NCBI GenBank assembly: GCA_964623775.1
Contig: CAZUVH010000006.1
Coordinates: forward strand, 4,256 to 68,255
Direction: 5' to 3'
Source: an uncultured Candidatus Saccharibacteria bacterium
Lineage (GTDB): Bacteria; Patescibacteriota; Minisyncoccia; Phycocordibacterales; UBA2100
DNA: 64,000 nt
Below are positions 51,198 to 60,338 of the stretch, in pieces (the first letter of the stretch is position 1; each line of letters opens with the position of its first letter). The notes below the pieces were generated by a model. The model ran no database searches and was not told the origin of the DNA. It saw nothing but the letters and a program-made list of their open reading frames with translations. The position numbers and the translations under genes were made by a program.

Positions 51198-51437
51198 CAT
51201 ATACAATGAGACACGAGGAACGCTCTGGCGCGACGGCCATGGCTTTCGCGCAGCGCCTCGGATATTCGTGAGCGAGAATTGCGAGCGGCATGCCGTGCGC
51301 GAGTGTGTTTGCGGAAATTCTACAAAAAAAGAAATAGGATCGGTGCGTTGCACTGGCGGACTTTGAAGTCCCACATTCGATACAGCGGCTTAGAGTATTC
51401 GAACTGCAGTGATATGGGTGGTGCGGCGCACAAATGG

Positions 51438-51543
51438 CTCTGGGCAGTCAATGCCAACTGGAACGATGACGGCTGGAACGTCGAGGCCAACTCCGTCGAC
51501 AACCCGAACAGCTGGAATGCTGGCAACGAGTTCGTCTCTCGCT
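51438..51543 (+). ncRNA. DGR template repeat (TR)
   Basis: AAC/AAT-codon-rich copy of VR 51014-51119. Confidence 0.95.
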
Positions 51544-51560
51544 ACCCCTTCTTTCCCCGC

Positions 51561-51964
51561 TCAACCCTCTTTGTTGAGTGGGGTTTTCGTTAAGATTCCT
51601 TTGCGCCAACCGCCGATCATTCGACCCGTTTCTTCAATGAGTGCTCCAAGTTCTTCAAAGTGTTTATTTGCTATCAACTTTGCCTCCCATGCGATGTGGA
51701 CGAAAAAGCGCAGAGAATCGGTGATGCCGACTGCTCTTGTCAGCAGGGGAAGTTTCTCATGCGTGCCCGCGTATGTTGCCACACGTAGCGTTTCGAGAAG
51801 ATCAAGAAATAGTAGGTCTATTTTTGATCCGATTCCGAACCGCTCGTCACGCGATATGTTACGGCGGATGGGCAGCCACGTGCGGTATAGTTTCTTCACA
51901 TGTTCAACGACAGGCAAGACTCGGTTGGGGGGGGGGTCGTACGGGACGGGTTCAGTTCACTCAT
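51561..51964 (-). CDS. avd: DGR accessory variability determinant (four-helix bundle); frameshifted at the C10 tract as assembled, intact frame 51561-51917
   Basis: ERFGIGSKID..L.LLE..A...EETGRMIGGW motif; ATG 51964 with TGATATCCT extended -10 7 nt upstream. Confidence 0.85.
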
Positions 51965-52966
51965 AGCTACGAGGATATCATTTCGATAGAAAATTTCCTT
52001 GCGGCGTGGAAAGAGTTCGTAAAGGGTAAACGTAAGAAGAAAGATGTGCAGGAATTCCAATACCGTCTGATGAACAATGTTCTCGCACTCCATCGGGATC
52101 TCGCGACGAAGATGTACAAGCACGGCGAATATCAGCACTTTAAGATCAACGATCCAAAGCCCCGTGATATTAACAAGGCGACCGTCCGTGACCGTCTGCT
52201 TCACCATGCGATATACCGAAAACTCTACCCATTCTTCGATCGAACGTTCATTGCCGACTCGTACTCGTGTCGGAAAGGGAAGGGGACGCACCGTGCTATG
52301 AACCGGTTTCGAGATTTCGCATACAGGGTGTCAAAAAATCACACACGCACGTGCTGGGTACTCAAGTGCGATATTCGCAAATTCTTCGCCTCAATCGACC
52401 AAAAGATTCTTCTCGATATCGTCGCGGACTATGTACCTGATAAGAATATCCTCGGACTCATTGCCGAAGTCGTCGGCAGTTTCAATTGCCCCCAATTGTT
52501 CACGGCCGTTGATAATAGGGGGAAATCAAAGAAAGGACTTCCGCTCGGTAATCTCACATCGCAACTCCTCGTGAATATCTACATGAATGAGTTCGATCAG
52601 TTCGTAAAGCATAAACTGAAAGTAAAGTATTACATCCGCTACGCCGACGATTTCGTAGTTCTCTCCCATGATAGGGCACAGCTGGTAGAAATGGAGCGAT
52701 ATATCGCTCCATTTCTGAAGGAACGGTTGTTACTCGAATTACATCCGAACAAAGTATTTATCAAGACGCTTGCATCCGGAGTGGATTTTCTGGGGTGGGT
52801 GCACTTTCCCGATCATCGAGTGTTACGGACAGTGACGAAGCGGCGGATGGCACGCCGCACAGCGGGACTCGCAGAGGAGAGTCCGATTGTCCAGTCATAC
52901 CTCGGCCTCACGTCGTACGGGAATACTGAGAAAGTGCGTCATGAAGTGAGAAAGAATCTTATTTGA
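51900..52966 (+). CDS. DGR reverse transcriptase; frameshifted at the G10 tract as assembled
   Basis: VRDRLLHHA, SYSCRKGKGTH, KCDIRKFF, GLPLGNLTSQ, YIRYADDF, DFLGW; ATG 51900 with TATAGT 8 nt upstream. Confidence 0.92.
51927..51936. repeat. G10 homopolymer in the avd/rt overlap (candidate phase-variation switch)
   Basis: Direct count; G8 or G11 puts both genes in frame. Confidence 0.8.
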
Positions 52967-52978
52967 TATAATTCCGGC

Positions 52979-53374
52979 ATGACTCAAAAATCTATGCCCG
53001 AGAACGAAGAAGGATATAAAGAAATGCTTACGCCCGAGGAGTACGCGGTGTTGCGCCAGAAGGGGACGGAGGCGCCTTTTACTGGCGAATACGTGCATGA
53101 AAAAGCCGACGGCACGTATGAATGCAGGGCGTGTGGCAATCCACTTTTCTCATCTGATGCAAAATTCGACTCAGGGACTGGCTGGCCGTCTTTCGATCAG
53201 GCTCTACCGGACGCGATCGAGACTCACAATGACAATTCCCACGGAATGCAGCGCACCGAGATCACGTGCGCGCGCTGCGGCTCGCACCTCGGCCACGTAT
53301 TTGATGACGGTCCTACAAAAACTGGTAAAAGATATTGTATAAATTCCGTGTGCTTAGATCTGGAGCAGAAATAA
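52979..53374 (+). CDS. msrB: Methionine-R-sulfoxide reductase
   Basis: [32 protein letters not shown]. Confidence 0.96.
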   Translation: MTQKSMPENEEGYKEMLTPEEYAVLRQKGTEAPFTGEYVHEKADGTYECRACGNPLFSSDAKFDSGTGWPSFDQALPDAIETHNDNSHGMQRTEITCARCGSHLGHVFDDGPTKTGKRYCINSVCLDLEQK

Positions 53375-53401
53375 AAAATTACCCACGCAGTGCGTGGGCA
53401 A

Positions 53402-53833
53402 TTAGTTTTCAAGGTCCGGGAGGATCAGGCAGTAGACGGTTTGTACTTTTTGCCCCCAGAAACCAGTTTTTCTGGCACAAACATGGGCGAGGGAATCCAG
53501 CTTTTTGATCTTCTTGATTTTTGTGGACGGGACAAGTATCCATTCGCGATCAATGTACGCGTACACATCGTCGTTGATCCACTTGACCTTCGTGGGGCGA
53601 CAGTCATCGTTGCAGCACGAACTACTGGGCATATCGGGGCGCATGATGGGGCCGCCGTTCTCGCCGGTCTGATACCACTGATGGTAGTCGGTATGGCGAC
53701 AACCGAAATCGCCAATCTCGCAAGGCTGAACCGGTGTTTCTTGCGCCTGTTTCCCGTTGAGATTTTGCGATGACGCAAAGATCGTCGAACTGAGAACGAT
53801 CAAAATACTGGTGAAAAGACTTTTCAACATCAC
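53402..53833 (-). CDS. Secreted Cys-rich hypothetical protein
   Basis: Signal peptide; SCCNDDCRP, AHVC, YCLI. Confidence 0.65.
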   Translation of the reverse strand: MMLKSLFTSILIVLSSTIFASSQNLNGKQAQETPVQPCEIGDFGCRHTDYHQWYQTGENGGPIMRPDMPSSSCCNDDCRPTKVKWINDDVYAYIDREWILVPSTKIKKIKKLDSLAHVCARKTGFWGQKVQTVYCLILPDLEN

Positions 53834-53930
53834 ACACGTCCTTCTTTTCGAATTGAATTGTTCTTATTCGAGCGTACCGTTATCGAAACTGCCGTGCAAG
53901 CAGTTTGAATATTGCGGTGGGGATTGAGCG

Positions 53931-55574
53931 CTACTTGAGAAGCTCCTGAAAGATTGCAAAAACCGACGCGGTAAACATAGAGAGTGGTGTCATAGATGTT
54001 GGGCCGCTTTGTTGTGCGTCCGTATCCGGTCTCTGCGTAGGATCCATCATTCCATTACCGGGCCTTTGCGCGGGTATATTCATCGGAGGTCTTACCCCCT
54101 CAGGTCTCATGCCTTGGGGCATGTCAGGACGTGTTCCCGGTTGTCCAAAATTCCTTTCGTATTCACCGGCCGGTGCACCCTGGCGCAAAGGCATCGCACC
54201 TTGCGGTCTTTGCGGCATATTTTCTGAGGGCTCGACCATAACGCGAGGTCTCATATCGTCACTTTGTGATTGGTCGAAGTTTCCTTGCGGCCTCCTCTGC
54301 GGCGGAATTTCAGAACCTTCTTCCCTCATGCCCTGCGGGTAGGGACGCTGGGGCATTCCTTGGATTTGCTGAGCATCTATCATTTCAGGTCGTTGCCCGA
54401 TTTCGCGACACTGATCGGGATTTTCTTTGCAGAATGCCTCACATTCTTCCCGATTCTTGCATCCGCCAGGACCCTGCATCATGCCGGGCACGCCTTGTGG
54501 CGGACCCATTCGCATATCCGAACCGCCTTCAAATTGTCCACGCCCTTCTCTTTGCATGAATCCATTTTGCATTGCAAACTGGCGGCACTCTTCTGCGTGC
54601 GCACTGTCTTCGCAATATGTTTTGCACTCCTCGCCCTTGCATCCGCCAGGACCCGTCATTTGCATAAATGTGCGTGCTCTCTGCGCGTCTTCAGATTTCA
54701 TAAAGCCGTTCTTCTCGGCGAATGCGACACACTCTTCTGTATGTGATTCATCGGCGCAGTAGGTACGGCACTCCTCACTTTTGCATCCGCCCGGTCCGGG
54801 CTTTCCGGCAAATTTTTGTGCACGCTCAGCCTCGTCTTTAGTCATGAGGCCATTCTCCTTTGCAAAAGTTATGCATTCTTCCGCATGAGTGCTGTCGGTG
54901 CAGTATGTTTTGCATGAATCAACATCGGTGCATCCACCGGGACCGGTTTTTGTCGAAAGGATATCGTTGATCTTCCCGCGCAGCTGTGCCGGTGGGCCAT
55001 CCGGTCGTTCTATGTCAGACATCTCGCGCCCATCGCGTGGCGCCCTTAGTCCGTGTTCTTCTGCAAATTTCTTGCACTCCTCAAAATTCGCTTCTTGCGA
55101 GCAGTACGTGCGGCACTCCTGTTCGCTCTTGCAGCCGCCAGGGCCCCCCTTACTTTCGAGTGTCTCTGCGATTTTCTGCTCCCTCTCATCCAGGAGTCCG
55201 TTTTTCTTTGCAAAGTCGAAACACTCCTGCCTGTTGGCTTCCACTTCGCAGTACGCACGGCATTCGGTCGCACTGGTGCAGCCACCGGGGCCTTTACTTT
55301 TTATGCTCATGAATTTTCGTGCTCTTTGCGCCTCGTCTTTTTTCATGAGTCCATGCGTTTCCGCGTAGGCGAGACAGGCATCTTGGTGCGACGCATCAGC
55401 GCAGTACGCACGACACGATTCTTTGGACTCGCAGTTGCCGAGTTCTGGGATAGGGAAGGTGACCTGCGGCTGAGGAGGAGCGGATTCGTCAGCGCTGGTT
55501 ACTTCCTGCGCGAATACGACGCCCGCAGTCATGAAAACCGCAGTTGCGAGCGACGCGGTCAATAATTTCTTCAT
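53931..55574 (-). CDS. Secreted Cys-rich tandem-repeat protein
   Basis: Signal peptide; about 7 GPGGC..EC..YC..C..FA..NG repeats; P/Q/M-rich tail. Confidence 0.85.
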   Translation of the reverse strand: MKKLLTASLATAVFMTAGVVFAQEVTSADESAPPQPQVTFPIPELGNCESKESCRAYCADASHQDACLAYAETHGLMKKDEAQRARKFMSIKSKGPGGCTSATECRAYCEVEANRQECFDFAKKNGLLDEREQKIAETLESKGGPGGCKSEQECRTYCSQEANFEECKKFAEEHGLRAPRDGREMSDIERPDGPPAQLRGKINDILSTKTGPGGCTDVDSCKTYCTDSTHAEECITFAKENGLMTKDEAERAQKFAGKPGPGGCKSEECRTYCADESHTEECVAFAEKNGFMKSEDAQRARTFMQMTGPGGCKGEECKTYCEDSAHAEECRQFAMQNGFMQREGRGQFEGGSDMRMGPPQGVPGMMQGPGGCKNREECEAFCKENPDQCREIGQRPEMIDAQQIQGMPQRPYPQGMREEGSEIPPQRRPQGNFDQSQSDDMRPRVMVEPSENMPQRPQGAMPLRQGAPAGEYERNFGQPGTRPDMPQGMRPEGVRPPMNIPAQRPGNGMMDPTQRPDTDAQQSGPTSMTPLSMFTASVFAIFQELLK

Positions 55575-55577
55575 ACG

Positions 55578-55826
55578 TTACTCAAAAGGATTAACCTTTA
55601 CATCCTCATAGGGATTGGTCTTGATATCCTCGAGCGGATTCGCCTGAGCCTCTGCCTTCGGAGCTGGCATTTGCAGCTGGACAGTCGCGCGCTCGGCCGC
55701 AATACCTTGGGCTTGTCCGAGGAGCCATCCTGCGTAGTACCCGCCTCCGCCTCCAATAATGAGGCCAAGAATAATCCCTATAAAAAGTTTCTCATTGTGG
55801 GGTGTATCTAATTTTTGCGGGTCCAT
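55578..55826 (-). CDS. Small membrane-anchored protein
   Basis: One TM helix; NPL..NPY..NPFE tail. Confidence 0.7.
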   Translation of the reverse strand: MDPQKLDTPHNEKLFIGIILGLIIGGGGGYYAGWLLGQAQGIAAERATVQLQMPAPKAEAQANPLEDIKTNPYEDVKVNPFE

Positions 55827-55963
55827 AGAATGATATTAGTGCCCTTAATAAATAGAAAAGCGTTACATTCATTATATAGGCGGATATGCAGTGAGGTTTT
55901 GCATGTGTTGATATCATTTCGATTTCGTCGCCGAGTTGAGCCATTGTGATATAGTCGCCTCAC

Positions 55964-56224
55964 ATGGAACGCGGACGAGTCAGTGATGATGTGGTAAAGA
56001 AGGCGACGGGGAAAACCTGGGACGAATGGTTTATGCTTTTGAATAAGGCTGGCGTAAAGCAAATGGACCATTCTGAAATCGCTCATTTTTTGAGCACGAG
56101 ATACATCAGCAATGGCTGGTGGGCGCAGATGGTGACTGTTGAGTACGAACGCATGCTCGCGAAACGGAAGTCCGGCAGAGCGTCAAAAGTGTCGATTTCC
56201 GAGCTTCTCGAAAGAAAGTCCTGA
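55964..56224 (+). CDS. Small conserved hypothetical protein
   Basis: VKKATGKTWDEW..H.EIA..WWAQMVTVEYE. Confidence 0.75.
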   Translation: MERGRVSDDVVKKATGKTWDEWFMLLNKAGVKQMDHSEIAHFLSTRYISNGWWAQMVTVEYERMLAKRKSGRASKVSISELLERKS

Positions 56225-56252
56225 TAATTCAGACAAAGAGTACAATACTGGT

Positions 56253-57191
56253 ATGCGTGTCACGGTAAACATGCTTCTGTTGATACTTATCGGTGGTGCC
56301 GCTTTTGTATATCGAGACGAGGTACGCGTGGCGGCGACGCAGATCTATGCCCGAGCATTGCCGTGCTCATCTCCCATCACTTTTCGCATAGGTACCGTTG
56401 ACGAGGAGTTTAATCTGTCTCGATCACAGTATCTTGCAACAATAGAGGCTGCAGCAGCCATCTGGGAGAAAGGCTCGAAGAGAGATCTTTTTGCACACGA
56501 TCCAGACAAGGGCAGTGTCGTGATCAACCTCGTCTACGATTACCGCCAGCAGGCGATCGACAGATTGAAAAAAATTGGCCTTACGATCGACGACACGCAA
56601 TCGTCGTACGACAGTCTCAAAGTGAAATACGATGCGATGAGGGCCTCGTATGATCAGAAAAAGGCGACACTCGAAGCTCACATCGCTGATTTTAAACGCG
56701 CGCAGGATGCATACAACGCAGAAGTCCAATCCTGGAATGCACGCGGAGGAGCTCCGCCAAAAGTGTACGACGAATTGCAGCGCACGAAGGAGGTGCTGAA
56801 CGCGCAGCGTGAGCAAATCGAAGTGGAGCAGCGCGCGTTTAATGCAGATGTGGATACGATCAATGCGCTCGCGACGTCGCTCAATCGGCTCGTCGGCGTA
56901 CTGCATTTGCAGGCGGCAAAATACAACGCGATCGGAGAGGAGACTGGCGGTGAATTCGAAGAGGGTGTCTATGAAAGCAGGCTTGGTGTGCAGAAAATAG
57001 ACATCTTTGAATTTGGCAATCGGGACGAACTTACCCGCGTGCTCGCGCATGAGCTCGGCCACGCGCTCGGCCTCGATCACGTGGAGGACAAAGACGCCAT
57101 CATGTATCGGCTCAATCAAAGCTCGAATGATCGCATGAGGCCTGCCGATTTGGATGAGCTCGAACGCGTCTGCGGCACACGTTCCTCGTGA
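56253..57191 (+). CDS. Matrixin-family metallopeptidase with coiled-coil insert
   Basis: HELGHALGLDH and Met-turn AIMY. Confidence 0.87.
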   Translation: MRVTVNMLLLILIGGAAFVYRDEVRVAATQIYARALPCSSPITFRIGTVDEEFNLSRSQYLATIEAAAAIWEKGSKRDLFAHDPDKGSVVINLVYDYRQQAIDRLKKIGLTIDDTQSSYDSLKVKYDAMRASYDQKKATLEAHIADFKRAQDAYNAEVQSWNARGGAPPKVYDELQRTKEVLNAQREQIEVEQRAFNADVDTINALATSLNRLVGVLHLQAAKYNAIGEETGGEFEEGVYESRLGVQKIDIFEFGNRDELTRVLAHELGHALGLDHVEDKDAIMYRLNQSSNDRMRPADLDELERVCGTRSS

Positions 57192-57271
57192 CAGTATTCA
57201 GGAGATTTTCACTCGATTCACGGTACAAGGGTACGGTGGTCGAGCACCTTATTGGCCCACAATACACATAT

Positions 57272-57397
57272 ATGAACGAAGAAAACAAAGATCAGGAGCA
57301 GAGAGCTAAGGAGAGAAATTGGGAAAAGGATTGGGATGAGGAAAAATCGTCCACTGCGGAAAAAAAGAGTGAAGATGATGTCAGTGAGAAAGACTGA
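57272..57397 (+). CDS. Short acidic peptide
   Basis: 41-aa ORF, CACAAT upstream, hairpin at 57423-57456 downstream. Confidence 0.4.
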   Translation: MNEENKDQEQRAKERNWEKDWDEEKSSTAEKKSEDDVSEKD

Positions 57398-57553
57398 TTA
57401 AGCCCGTCGCACTCATTCATTCAAATTACCTCCGCTGCAAGGCGGAGGTAATTTTTGTCACTGTCCCGCTGGTTCACCCTTGTTTCACTCCGACATTGCT
57501 TGAATGGTTATGGTCGAACAAATTACCACCTTAGATTCTGTAGCCTACACATT

Positions 57554-57820
57554 ATGACTTCAAAAAAGAAAATCATAGGCACGATGGCGCTCGCGCTTAT
57601 GGTATCGGCTGGGGTCGCCGGAGCGCAGACTACCACCGACACTGTGACAACGGATACTGCAGGCGGTGCAGTGAGTACTACAACCACGGGATTACCGGGC
57701 ACGCCAAATACGGGAGTGGGCGGTGATGCCGCAGAGAACATGCTCTTGCTGGGATCCTCTGCGCTCGCTGCAATAGCCGGTGCCGCGTACTTGCTCTCGC
57801 GTAGATCGCCTGTTCGATAA
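57554..57820 (+). CDS. Small putative sortase substrate
   Basis: Signal peptide, Thr-rich body, TPNTG, hydrophobic helix, basic tail. Confidence 0.72.
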   Translation: MTSKKKIIGTMALALMVSAGVAGAQTTTDTVTTDTAGGAVSTTTTGLPGTPNTGVGGDAAENMLLLGSSALAAIAGAAYLLSRRSPVR

Positions 57821-57890
57821 GGTGAAATAAAGCAGTCCTCCCTCGACTTGTCCCGAACCCGTCGAAGGGGACTGCTTTTTCGCATGATGT

Positions 57891-58487
57891 ATGAGATACG
57901 GCCTTACCTTTTTTATTTTCATAATCACCGCCATGGCTATTGCGGTATTCAGCTGGACGGCAGTGCATGCGCTCTGGTATGCCCCCGATGTCGATGCAAA
58001 GGTGCCGGAGCAAAGATCGCGAACCACAGCATCTCAAGGTGATGCTCCCGTACGACTTATCATCCCTGCGCTCGCGATTGATGCGCATGTTCAGGAGGTG
58101 GGTATCAATGGAAAGGGTAATATGGCCGTTCCAAGCAATTACACTGATGTCGCGTGGTACAAGTACGGGCCCACCCCGGGAGAGATCGGGAGCGCTGTCA
58201 TCGGTGGCCACGTCGACAACGCACTTGGGCTAGCCGGCGTCTTCAAGCGCTTGGAAGGTATACAGATTGGAGATGATATATACATTGATACAAAAAGTGG
58301 GAAGCGTCTCCACTTTATCGTTCGCAACGTGGAATCATACCACTATACGCAAGTACCTACAGAGCTTCTTTTCAATCTTGACGACACTGCTCGCCTCAAT
58401 CTCGTTACATGCGGGGGCTCATGGGTGAAAGAGGATGAGACGTACAGTCAGCGACTCGTCGTGTACACAGAGCTCAAAGCGTCCTAG
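57891..58487 (+). CDS. Class F sortase
   Basis: GSAVIGGHVD, LNLVTCGG, catalytic R in SQRLVVY. Confidence 0.9.
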   Translation: MRYGLTFFIFIITAMAIAVFSWTAVHALWYAPDVDAKVPEQRSRTTASQGDAPVRLIIPALAIDAHVQEVGINGKGNMAVPSNYTDVAWYKYGPTPGEIGSAVIGGHVDNALGLAGVFKRLEGIQIGDDIYIDTKSGKRLHFIVRNVESYHYTQVPTELLFNLDDTARLNLVTCGGSWVKEDETYSQRLVVYTELKAS

Positions 58488-58493
58488 TATGAA

Positions 58494-59558
58494 ATGATGC
58501 AGGCGCGATTGCGAGCGATACGTGAAAGAGCAAGCCGTGCACTTGAGCAGAAAGTGTTTCCCGGCTGCGTGATTGGCATCGTGTATACGGGTGGTGAGCG
58601 CTTCATCATGCCATTCGGCACTCTCACCTTCGAGAATGATGCGGGTCGTGTGCGGGAAGACACCATATACGATCTTGCATCTGTTACGAAATCGATACCC
58701 ACCACATCGCTCGCTCTGCACTATCTGGAGAGTGGGCAACTCAAGCTCACCGACAAACTCATCAAATATGTGCCCGAGTTTAAAAATTCGGATCGCAGTG
58801 CGGTGAAGATCAAACACCTGCTCACATACACACTCGGCGGCTATCCGCTTTCGCAGTACAAAGACAAAACACCCCAAGAACTCTACGAAATACTCATGAC
58901 GCGCGATTTCGACGTGCGGCCGGGTACTGGCTTCAGTTATTCCAACCTTCCCGCATTTCTGCTCGGCCTTGTGGTCGAGCGGGTCGGCGGTCGTACGCTT
59001 GATAAGCTAGCGTACGAATTATTTTTCAATCCACTGCACATGATACACACATCTTTTTTCCCGCAGTACTTTTTGAGCGATGATATTGCACCCACGGAAG
59101 TCGACGATGAGCGCGGGGAAGTGCGGGGTATGGTGCACGACGAGAGTGCGTATGTATTTACGGTAAAAGGAGGAAAGGCTGTCGGACACGCGGGACTTTT
59201 TTCGACCGCACCGGATCTTCTCAATTTTTTGGAAATGCTTTTGCACGAAGGCGATTTTCGCGGGCATCAATATTTTCTGCCGGACACGATTGACCAGATG
59301 TCGAGCAATCAGATACCGGAACTCAACGCTTCCACGGGACTCGGATGGCAAACAGGTGAGTGGGGCAGGCATTCAGGTCTGCACACGTTCGGAAAGACCG
59401 GTTTTACCGGTACCTGCGTAGTCTGTGACGTGGAAAAAGGCGCTGCATTCACCATCCTCTCCAATCGCACCTACCCGAAACGCCCGCTCAACAATGAAGC
59501 GATCAAAGCATTCCGCGACGACATCGCGGATATCGTACTCAGTGACCCTGCTTCGTGA
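58494..59558 (+). CDS. Serine hydrolase, beta-lactamase/PBP family
   Basis: ASVTK (SxxK), YSN, GHAGLFST, GKTGFTG. Confidence 0.9.
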   Translation: MMQARLRAIRERASRALEQKVFPGCVIGIVYTGGERFIMPFGTLTFENDAGRVREDTIYDLASVTKSIPTTSLALHYLESGQLKLTDKLIKYVPEFKNSDRSAVKIKHLLTYTLGGYPLSQYKDKTPQELYEILMTRDFDVRPGTGFSYSNLPAFLLGLVVERVGGRTLDKLAYELFFNPLHMIHTSFFPQYFLSDDIAPTEVDDERGEVRGMVHDESAYVFTVKGGKAVGHAGLFSTAPDLLNFLEMLLHEGDFRGHQYFLPDTIDQMSSNQIPELNASTGLGWQTGEWGRHSGLHTFGKTGFTGTCVVCDVEKGAAFTILSNRTYPKRPLNNEAIKAFRDDIADIVLSDPAS

Positions 59559-59573
59559 GTTACACTTAATGCT

Positions 59574-60284
59574 ATGTGGCGGTATGCCAGGTTGGGGGTG
59601 CTCATCGTTGTTACGGGCGTCATCACGACGACCGCGATCGAGTTCAACGAACTCTACGCGACAAGTCCACAGTTGGCGGGTGCTGCGGCATCAGGGGAAT
59701 TTGGCGATACGCTCGCATGGGTGATCGCGGGCGGATATTTGCTCATGTATTTAGGAATGGTCGCAGAAGGCCCGATCGTGACAGCTGCGGCATCTTTTGC
59801 CGCGGCTCTCGGTTATTTCGATGTCGGAATAGTGTTTTTGCTTGCGATACTTGGCGATCTGACAGGTGACGCTGCGTACTATGCCATCGGATATATCGGT
59901 AGGAGGACGGTAATCGATCGATTCGGACATCGGCTCGGGCTTTCACGTGCACGCATGGAGCGCATCGAGCGCCTGATCAAGACCCATCCGTGGAAGGCGA
60001 TGGTCGCGATCAAATTTACGTTCGCTACCCCGGGATTGATCATGGTCGGCGTGACCCGTATGGATATACGAAAGTACACCATGTACTGCGTGGCGATCAT
60101 TCTGCCGAGAGTGCTACTTTTTACAGTACTCGGTTACTACTTCGGCAATGCATACGCATCGATCTCGCAATACATCGAAAATGCGCAGTATTTCCTCGTC
60201 ATGACAATAATGGTCGTCCTCGTCATCTACTATGGATATACCAAACTGAGCATTGCTCTCTCAAGGCGCCTCCAGCCGATCTGA
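59574..60284 (+). CDS. DedA-family membrane protein
   Basis: GDLTGDAAYYAIG, LGYYFG; TM helices. Confidence 0.82.
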   Translation: MWRYARLGVLIVVTGVITTTAIEFNELYATSPQLAGAAASGEFGDTLAWVIAGGYLLMYLGMVAEGPIVTAAASFAAALGYFDVGIVFLLAILGDLTGDAAYYAIGYIGRRTVIDRFGHRLGLSRARMERIERLIKTHPWKAMVAIKFTFATPGLIMVGVTRMDIRKYTMYCVAIILPRVLLFTVLGYYFGNAYASISQYIENAQYFLVMTIMVVLVIYYGYTKLSIALSRRLQPI

Positions 60285-60338
60285 CCTTCATCAATCCTTC
60301 CATTACGGCCGTATAGTATCGGTGATACTATTTTCTAT

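Larger units (their letters stand above)
50501..52966 (+). mobile_element. Diversity-generating retroelement (target-TR-avd-RT)
   Basis: VR/TR adenine-specific mismatches; Avd-like helical ORF; RT with YADD. Confidence 0.95.

Noticed and set aside
51737-51899. ORF-track N-terminal extension of the RT
   Set aside because: Lies antisense within avd, has no RT-like sequence and no clear initiation signal; ATG 51900 plus the G tract explains the start better
51279-51966. ORFs 51279..51593 and 51409..51966 spanning TR
   Set aside because: Open frames are a by-product of TR mirroring the VR coding frame and of avd on the other strand
51900-52966. RT as group II intron or retron
   Set aside because: No maturase/endonuclease domain or intron domain V seen; TR/VR pair and avd identify a DGR
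60285-60338. glmS ribozyme upstream of glmS
   Set aside because: Intergenic space is only about 54 nt and the gene looks leaderless
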